A DNA stretch of 64,000 nucleotides from Gemmatimonadales bacterium (GTDB lineage: Bacteria > Gemmatimonadota > Gemmatimonadetes > Gemmatimonadales > GWC2-71-9), in the NCBI GenBank assembly GCA_037189525.1, contig JBBCJC010000002.1, forward strand, positions 576,001 to 640,000. The letters are read 5' to 3'. The notes below the pieces were generated by a model, which worked only from the letters and a program-made list of their open reading frames with translations, made no database searches and was not told the DNA's origin. Shown here one piece after another: positions 57,689 to 64,000 of the stretch. The position numbers and the translations under genes were made by a program. The number at the start of each line of letters is the position of its first letter. Within the stretch, counting starts at the first letter, position 1.

Positions 57689-60165
57689 TGGCGACGCGCG
57701 GACTCCGGATCGCCGCCGGGATGGTGATGCTCGCGCTGGGCGTGACGACCTGCGCCGGTAACCGAAACCCGGCTCAGCGCTCTCCGCGCTGGCTGCTCGA
57801 CCGGGGCGATGCTGAAGCCGTGATCCAGCAGGCATCCAATGATCCGCGTGGCCAGTTCTGGATGGCCGAAGCCATGGCGCTGCGGGGGCGCCTGAGCGAG
57901 GCCGAACGGCAGTTTGCCGAAGTCGCCGGTGGTGGTGGTCCGGATGCGGCGCTGGCTGCTGCGCGCCAGGCGGAGGTCATGGCTCGCGCCGGCCGTCGGC
58001 GTGACGCATTGCAGCAGGCGGATCGCCTGGCCACTGCCCTCGAGGGCCGGCGCGACCTGACGCCGCAGGAGTGGCTGGCGCTCGGCTTGGCGTATCAGTT
58101 GCTGGGCAGTGAAGAACCGGCCCAGTTCCGCGATGCGCTGGCCGCGCTCGATCGCGCCATCGCAGCCGATTCGACGCTGCTCGAAGCGCAACTCAGGCTG
58201 GGTGATCTGTTTCTCGACAAGTACAATTTTCCCGATGCGCGACGGAGCTATCAGCAGGTTCTGGTTCGGGACCCCGATAATCCGCGTGCGCAGCTCGGCT
58301 TGGCTCTGGTCGGGCAGTTGGACGGGAATCCCGGTAGCGGCGCGATGCTCGAACAATCGGTGCGAAACGGGCCAGGTCTGGCGCGGGCTCACGCTGCACT
58401 CGCCCGCCTCGATCTCGATGCCGAGTCGTTCGATTCCGCGCGGACACGCGCCGATCGCGCCATCGCGCTCGACTCTGCCGAACAGTTGGCATGGGCCGTT
58501 CGGGCCGCGACCCAGCTCGTCCGTGGCGACTCGGCCGGCTTTGTCGCGACCGAAACGCAACTGCGGGCGCGACATGCCGCGCCTGCCGATTTTTATGCCG
58601 AGACAGGCGAGGCGCTGGCCAGGCAGCGGCGCTATCGCGAAGCGGCGGATCTGGCGCGGCGGGGTGTGGTCCTCGACCCCGACCATCCCGCCGCGCTCAC
58701 CACGCTTGGGACAAACGAACTCCGGCTCGGCCGGATCGATACGGCCAGGACGCATCTCGATCATGCGTTCCGCCGCGATCCGTATCATCTGTGGAACAAG
58801 AACACGCTGGACCTGCTCGATCGATTGGCCACCTTCCGCACCATCGGCTCAAATCGGATTCAGATCGTCGCGCCGGCGGACCAGGCAGAACTGCTGGCGC
58901 TCTACCTCGTGCCGTTGCTCGAATCGGCGTACGATACGCTGGCTGCGCGCTACCGGCACAGCCCGCCGGTGCCGATCCGCCTCGAATTGTACGGGAGCCA
59001 CGCCGACTTCTCGGTGCGGACCGTCGGACTTGCCGGTATCGGCGCGCTCGGCGTGAGCTTCGGCTCGGTGCTGGCCATGGATGCCCCGTCTGCTCGGGAT
59101 GCGGGAGAGTTTAATTGGGCATCGACCGCATGGCACGAAATGGTTCATGCCTTCACGCTGGGCGCCACCGATCATCGGGTACCCCGATGGTTGTCGGAAG
59201 GGCTTTCGGTCCTCGAGGAACGCCGGGCGCGCGCGGGGTGGGGAGCGCAGGCCAGCCCTGCATACCTTGCAGCACTCAAGGGCGGACGGCTCCGATCGGT
59301 TGCTACGCTGAACGATGGGTTCGTTCGTCCCAGGTACCCGGCCGAGATTGGGTTGTCGTACTATCACGCCTCGCTGCTGTGCGAGTATCTGGAGACGACC
59401 TTCGGGTTCGACGCCATCCTGAGCTTGCTGGATGGCTACCGCCGTGGTCTGGTCTCGGCCGATGCCCTTCGTGGGGCGACCGGAATTTCAGTCGAAGATC
59501 TCGACCGGCGCTTCAATGAATGGCTGGCGCAACGATTTGCGACGCCGCTCAAGAGCGTCGCCGCCGCGCGCGATTCCATGGCCGTTCCGGGAGAACTCGA
59601 GACGCTGGTGGCGAGTGGCATCCGTCTTCGGGCCGCCGGACAGCTCGACCAGGCCGTGACCACACTGGAGCGCGCCGACCGCATGTTCCCGGATATGGGC
59701 GTCGAGGATGGCCCCGCCTGGCATCTGGCTGAGATCCATCGCGCCCGGGGTGACACGGCCCGCGCCATCGAGTACCTGAGCCGGGTAACGCGCTACAACG
59801 AGAGCCACTACGAGGCCAATCGTCGCGAGGCAGAGCTTCGAGCCGGGCAGGGAGATCCCGCCGGAGCCCTTGCTGCGCTCGAGCGCGCGATCTACATCCA
59901 CCCGTACGACCAGGCCGTACTCGGTCAGGCCGCTGAGCTTGCCGCGGCTGCAAAGGATTACGGGCGTGAAGTCCGGGAACGACGCGCCATCGTTGCGCTG
60001 ATGCCGACCGACCGGGCGGGCGCATACTACGCCTTGGCTGTCGCCTATCGGAATGCGGGCCACACCGCGGCCGCGCGACGTGAGGTACTCCGGGCGCTCG
60101 AGGAAGCGCCTTCGTTCGAACCGGCGCAGCAACTGCTGCTCGAACTGCGGGGTGGTGCCCGATGA
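57685..60165 (+). CDS. TPR-repeat protein with a peptidase MA-like gluzincin domain
   Basis: Multiple TPR-like helices; WHEMVH (HExxH) and PRWLSEGLS. Confidence 0.8.
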   Translation: MMATRGLRIAAGMVMLALGVTTCAGNRNPAQRSPRWLLDRGDAEAVIQQASNDPRGQFWMAEAMALRGRLSEAERQFAEVAGGGGPDAALAAARQAEVMARAGRRRDALQQADRLATALEGRRDLTPQEWLALGLAYQLLGSEEPAQFRDALAALDRAIAADSTLLEAQLRLGDLFLDKYNFPDARRSYQQVLVRDPDNPRAQLGLALVGQLDGNPGSGAMLEQSVRNGPGLARAHAALARLDLDAESFDSARTRADRAIALDSAEQLAWAVRAATQLVRGDSAGFVATETQLRARHAAPADFYAETGEALARQRRYREAADLARRGVVLDPDHPAALTTLGTNELRLGRIDTARTHLDHAFRRDPYHLWNKNTLDLLDRLATFRTIGSNRIQIVAPADQAELLALYLVPLLESAYDTLAARYRHSPPVPIRLELYGSHADFSVRTVGLAGIGALGVSFGSVLAMDAPSARDAGEFNWASTAWHEMVHAFTLGATDHRVPRWLSEGLSVLEERRARAGWGAQASPAYLAALKGGRLRSVATLNDGFVRPRYPAEIGLSYYHASLLCEYLETTFGFDAILSLLDGYRRGLVSADALRGATGISVEDLDRRFNEWLAQRFATPLKSVAAARDSMAVPGELETLVASGIRLRAAGQLDQAVTTLERADRMFPDMGVEDGPAWHLAEIHRARGDTARAIEYLSRVTRYNESHYEANRREAELRAGQGDPAGALAALERAIYIHPYDQAVLGQAAELAAAAKDYGREVRERRAIVALMPTDRAGAYYALAVAYRNAGHTAAARREVLRALEEAPSFEPAQQLLLELRGGAR

Positions 60166-60941
60166 GGCGAATCCTGCGAGTCGTGGCCGGCCTTGCTGCC
60201 GCGGTACTGGTGCTGGCAACGGCTGAAGCCCAGCGGCGACGAGGCGGAGAGAGCGGAGCGGACGAGTATCCGCCGAACGTACCGTACGACGGTCGCTTCA
60301 CCTTCGTGCGAATCAAGTACCAGGCCCGTAGTGGCTTCGGTGACTTCGGCTTCGGTCGCGGCGACCCGCGCTGGAATCATGATTATCCGCGCGCGGAGCA
60401 GCATTTTACCCGAATCCTGGCCGAACTGACCACGGTGCGGCCGCGGATCGACGCATCGAACATCATAACGCTCGATGATCCGGACCTGTTCAAGTACCCG
60501 GTCGCGTACCTCTGTGAACCGGGATTCTGGGCGCCGACGGAGGTCGAGGTCGCAGCCCTCAAGGCGTACATTGCCAAGGGTGGGTTCCTGATCATCGACG
60601 ACTTCGCGGGTCGCCAGATCTTCAACCTGCAGGAGCAGCTTCGGCGGGTGCTTCCGGAGGCGCGGATGCAGCCGATTCCGGTCGAACATCCGATCTTCGA
60701 CTCCTTTTACCGGATTCGATCGTTCGATCAATACGTGCACCCGTACCAGCGGGTCCCAACCGAATTCCTCGGCATTTTCGAGGACAACGATCCCACCAAG
60801 CGCCTGATGGTGGCGATCAACTACAACGGCGACATCGCCGAGTATTGGGAATATTCCGACACCGACTGGTTTTCCATCGACCTGTCGAACGATGCCTACA
60901 AGCTTGGCGTCAACTACATCGTCTATGCGCTCACCCGCTGA
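60162..60941 (+). CDS. DUF4159 domain protein, secreted
   Basis: FTFVRIKY, WNHDYPRAE, GGFLIIDDF, HPIF, GVNYIVYALT. Confidence 0.85.
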   Translation: MRRILRVVAGLAAAVLVLATAEAQRRRGGESGADEYPPNVPYDGRFTFVRIKYQARSGFGDFGFGRGDPRWNHDYPRAEQHFTRILAELTTVRPRIDASNIITLDDPDLFKYPVAYLCEPGFWAPTEVEVAALKAYIAKGGFLIIDDFAGRQIFNLQEQLRRVLPEARMQPIPVEHPIFDSFYRIRSFDQYVHPYQRVPTEFLGIFEDNDPTKRLMVAINYNGDIAEYWEYSDTDWFSIDLSNDAYKLGVNYIVYALTR

Positions 60942-60953
60942 TCGAGGTCTCGC

Positions 60954-61988
60954 GTGACCCTGACAACATCATCCATCGGATCCGATGCCGACGACCGCAT
61001 CGTCGCAGATCGCCTGCACGCCGCTGCCGGGCGCATCAAGGCGGAAATCGCGAAGAAGATCATCGGGCAGGAGCCGATCATCGAGCAGTGCCTGATTGCG
61101 CTCCTGTCCGGCGGCAACTGCCTGCTGGTCGGCGTTCCCGGCCTGGCCAAGACGCTGCTGGTGCAAACGCTGGCGGAAGTGCTGGATCTGTCGTTCCAGC
61201 GGATTCAGTTCACGCCCGACCTGATGCCGTCGGACGTGACGGGAACGGATGTGATCCAGGATGATCCCGCCACCGGGCAGCGCCGCCTGGTCTTCATGCG
61301 CGGGCCGGTGTTCGCCAACGTGGTGCTGGCCGACGAGATCAACCGGACCCCTCCGAAAACCCAGGCGGCGCTGTTGGAAGCGATGCAGGAACGCCGAGTC
61401 ACGGTCCAGGGAAAGACCTATCCGCTCGAGCCGCCGTTTCATGTCTTTGCAACCCAGAACCCGATCGAGCTCGAAGGGACCTATCCGCTGCCGGAAGCGC
61501 AGCTCGATCGCTTCCTCTTCGAAGTCGTGCTCGATCATCTCCCCGAGGCTGATGAGATCCGGGTTGCCCGGCAGACGACCGGAGTACAGGGGGGAGCGCT
61601 CGAGCGCGTCGTGTCGGGTGCGGACCTGGTGCAATTCCAGCACCTGGTACGTCGGGTGCCGGTTGCCGACCCGGTGGTCGAATACGCGGTACGCTTGGTC
61701 CGGATGAGCCGACCGGCGGCGCCGGATTCGCCGGCGTTCATCCGGCAGTGGGTTTCCTATGGCGCAAGCGTGCGAGCAGCCCAGGCGTTGCTGCTCGGCG
61801 CCAAGTCGAAGGCTCTGCTCGACGGACGGGCGCACGTCGGTTTCGAAGACATTCGTTTCCTGGCTGCGCCCGTCTTGCGGCATCGCCTGCTGCTCAACTT
61901 CCAGGCGCGGGCCGAGCGGATCACGACCGACAGTATCATCGAGCAACTGGTGGCGGCCGTTCCGGTTCCGCGTTCAGGGATGGCCTGA
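60954..61988 (+). CDS. moxR: MoxR family AAA+ ATPase
   Basis: GVPGLAKT, RIQFTPDLMPSD, DEINRTPPKTQAALLEAMQE, ATQNPIE.EGTYPLPEAQLDRF. Confidence 0.95.
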   Translation: MTLTTSSIGSDADDRIVADRLHAAAGRIKAEIAKKIIGQEPIIEQCLIALLSGGNCLLVGVPGLAKTLLVQTLAEVLDLSFQRIQFTPDLMPSDVTGTDVIQDDPATGQRRLVFMRGPVFANVVLADEINRTPPKTQAALLEAMQERRVTVQGKTYPLEPPFHVFATQNPIELEGTYPLPEAQLDRFLFEVVLDHLPEADEIRVARQTTGVQGGALERVVSGADLVQFQHLVRRVPVADPVVEYAVRLVRMSRPAAPDSPAFIRQWVSYGASVRAAQALLLGAKSKALLDGRAHVGFEDIRFLAAPVLRHRLLLNFQARAERITTDSIIEQLVAAVPVPRSGMA

Positions 61989-62884
61989 TGGCTCCGTCGC
62001 CCAGCTTGCTCGATCCCGTCGTCCTGGCCCGCATCGGCGATCTCTCGCTGATTGCGCGGACCATCGTCGACGGGTTCATGCACGGCTTGCATCGCGCGCC
62101 GAGGCTGGGCCACTCGACCGAGTTTGCGGAGCATCGATCGTATCAGCCGGGAGATGATCTGCGCCGGCTCGACTGGCGGGTCTATGGCCGGACCGATCGC
62201 TACTATATCAAGGAGTACGAGGCCGATACCAACGTCTCGGTCCTGCTGGCACTCGATGTGTCGAAGTCGATGGAGTTCGGTACCGCCGGTGTGACCAAGC
62301 TCACGTATGCCAAGATGCTGATCGCTGCGCTGGCCTGGTTTTCACAGCGGCAGGGCGACCGGATCGGGCTGGTCTTGTATGCCGACCGTGTGCTCCGATA
62401 CGTGCCACCATCGACTCGTCATCTGTGGTTGGTCTTGCACGAGCTTGCCAACGCGTCGGCCTCGGGGTCGGGTGGAGGCATCGAGGCTAATCCGGCCATC
62501 AACGAACTGCTCGATCGCGGCGGCATCACCATCTTCGTATCCGACTGGTACGCACCGCCCGAGGCCGTTACGAACGCGCTCGGCCAGGTGCGGGTACGCG
62601 GGCATGATGTGATTGCCTTTCATGTCGTCGACCCTGCTGAGCAGACCTTTCCCTATAGCGATGCGGCGAGTTTCGAAGACCTCGAAACGGGGGAGCGGAT
62701 CTCCCTGGCTCCGGAACGTCTCCGTCCGGCGTACCGGGCGGCCTACGACGAGCATCTCGCGCAGCTGGCGTCGCTGCTGTCCCGATCGAGTGTCGACTAT
62801 GAGCGGGTAGTGACATCGGATCCGCTCGATCGCGCGCTGTACCGATATCTCCACCAGCGCGAAGCGCTGGCGCGGGTACGCTGA
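61988..62884 (+). CDS. DUF58 domain protein
   Basis: EFAEHRSYQPGDDLRRLDWRVYGR, DVSKSM, VSDW. Confidence 0.92.
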   Translation: MAPSPSLLDPVVLARIGDLSLIARTIVDGFMHGLHRAPRLGHSTEFAEHRSYQPGDDLRRLDWRVYGRTDRYYIKEYEADTNVSVLLALDVSKSMEFGTAGVTKLTYAKMLIAALAWFSQRQGDRIGLVLYADRVLRYVPPSTRHLWLVLHELANASASGSGGGIEANPAINELLDRGGITIFVSDWYAPPEAVTNALGQVRVRGHDVIAFHVVDPAEQTFPYSDAASFEDLETGERISLAPERLRPAYRAAYDEHLAQLASLLSRSSVDYERVVTSDPLDRALYRYLHQREALARVR

Positions 62885-62886
62885 TC

Positions 62887-64000
62887 ATGGGACTCGGCTG
62901 GCTGGTGCCGGCGTTGCTGGCGGGGTTGGCAGCCATCGTGGTGCCGATCCTGGTACACTTGCGGCAACGCGAACGGCGTGACCCGGTCGCCTTTCCGTCC
63001 CTGATGTTCCTTCGCCGGATTCCGAGCCGTACGGCGGAACGTCGCCGGATTACCCACCCGCTGTTGCTCCTGCTTCGTGCCATTGCCGTGGCGGCTCTGG
63101 TTGCCGCGTTTGCCCGACCATTTTGGCGTCAGGCCGATCCGAGTCCTGCGGCTGGTGACGTGCGTCGGACCCTGATCGTGGCCGTCGATCGCTCGCTCAG
63201 CATGGGGTATCGCGGAGTGTGGGAGCGCGCCAGAGATTCGATCGATGCCGTGCTCGGCACGCTCGGGTCGGGCGACCATGCCGCGCTGATTGCTTTCGAC
63301 GACGCGGCCGAGATTCTGGCGCGGTCGAGTGCCGACCTGGCGAGCGTTCGAACGGTGCTCGGGTCGCTCTCGCCCGGCTCGGCCGGGAGCCGGATTGCTC
63401 CCGCCATCCGGGTTGCACGAGATCTGGCCGCCGAGGCGCGGGGCACTGCGATCGAGGTCGTGATCGTATCTGATCTTCAGCGGCATGCGCTGACCGGTCT
63501 CGAATCGGTCGAGCGTATTCCCGGGGCGACCATGCGGTTCGTCTCGGTCGCGGAGCCCGATCCCGCCAATGCCAGGGTGGTGCAGGTCGACGTCGATCGG
63601 CGGACCGAGGGGCGGCGGACCCGTCTGGCGGTTAGCGCACCGATCGCGTCGAAGGGAGCAGCCGGGCGCGACACGCGTGTCAGCCTGTTGGTCAATGGCC
63701 GTGAGCTTGCCACGACTCGGGTCACCTTGAGCGCCTCCGGCATGACGACGGCCAGCTTCGACCCTGTCTGGATTGCGGAGGGCGATGGCGTCGCAGCCGT
63801 GGCGCTGGAGCCCGATGCGTTGGCGGCCGACGACACGCTTCGGTTCTCACTCTCCGCGGCCGCGGGTGTACCGGTATTGTTGCTCGTACCACCGGGAACC
63901 TCGCAGGACGAAGCCGTATTCCTCGAACGTGCGTTAGCCATCAATCGTTCACCGGCTCTCGCAGTAACGGTCCGTCGCAGTGCCGGGCCTTCGGCTGCGG
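62887..64000 (+). CDS. BatA-domain/vWA membrane protein (runs off the window)
   Basis: Translated by hand: MGLGWLVPALLAGLAAIVVPILVHL...FPSLMFL...LLLLLR...FARP; DRSLSM MIDAS; SDLQ. Confidence 0.88.
   Translation, partial: MGLGWLVPALLAGLAAIVVPILVHLRQRERRDPVAFPSLMFLRRIPSRTAERRRITHPLLLLLRAIAVAALVAAFARPFWRQADPSPAAGDVRRTLIVAVDRSLSMGYRGVWERARDSIDAVLGTLGSGDHAALIAFDDAAEILARSSADLASVRTVLGSLSPGSAGSRIAPAIRVARDLAAEARGTAIEVVIVSDLQRHALTGLESVERIPGATMRFVSVAEPDPANARVVQVDVDRRTEGRRTRLAVSAPIASKGAAGRDTRVSLLVNGRELATTRVTLSASGMTTASFDPVWIAEGDGVAAVALEPDALAADDTLRFSLSAAAGVPVLLLVPPGTSQDEAVFLERALAINRSPALAVTVRRSAGPSAA

Overview
GC-rich, gene-dense bacterial chromosomal window with about 60 CDS. Gene content suggests Gemmatimonadota (inference only). 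It holds many secreted peptidases and amidohydrolases (DmpA, tricorn-like S41, S9, M55 DppA, two D-aminoacylases, two serine hydrolases) and three short PLP Ser/Thr dehydratases. Other content: a TPP riboswitch with thiC, folB plus a folK-folP fusion, a TauE/persulfide dioxygenase-rhodanese pair, an mtnP-apt-mtnA-aldolase operon, two toxin-antitoxin modules, and the start of a long vWA/TPR/DUF4159/MoxR/DUF58/BatA operon. Most interesting: (1) an unannotated ~120-nt candidate sRNA (4781-4900, minus strand) with a sigma54-type promoter, three C-rich hairpin loops and its own terminator; (2) an operon of three different amide-bond ligases plus a gamma-glutamyl hydrolase (7211-11489), whose partner esterase is separated by an insertion that left a 61-bp synonymously diverged scar; (3) an RHH-MNT fusion antitoxin with a HEPN toxin and a palindromic operator; (4) a decayed integron-cassette-like patch (50180-51620) with a yefM-yoeB pair whose toxin has a CTG start and a catalytic Glu-to-Lys change. 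No tRNA, rRNA, CRISPR array, integrase or transposase was recognised. All family calls come from motif recognition, not database searches.
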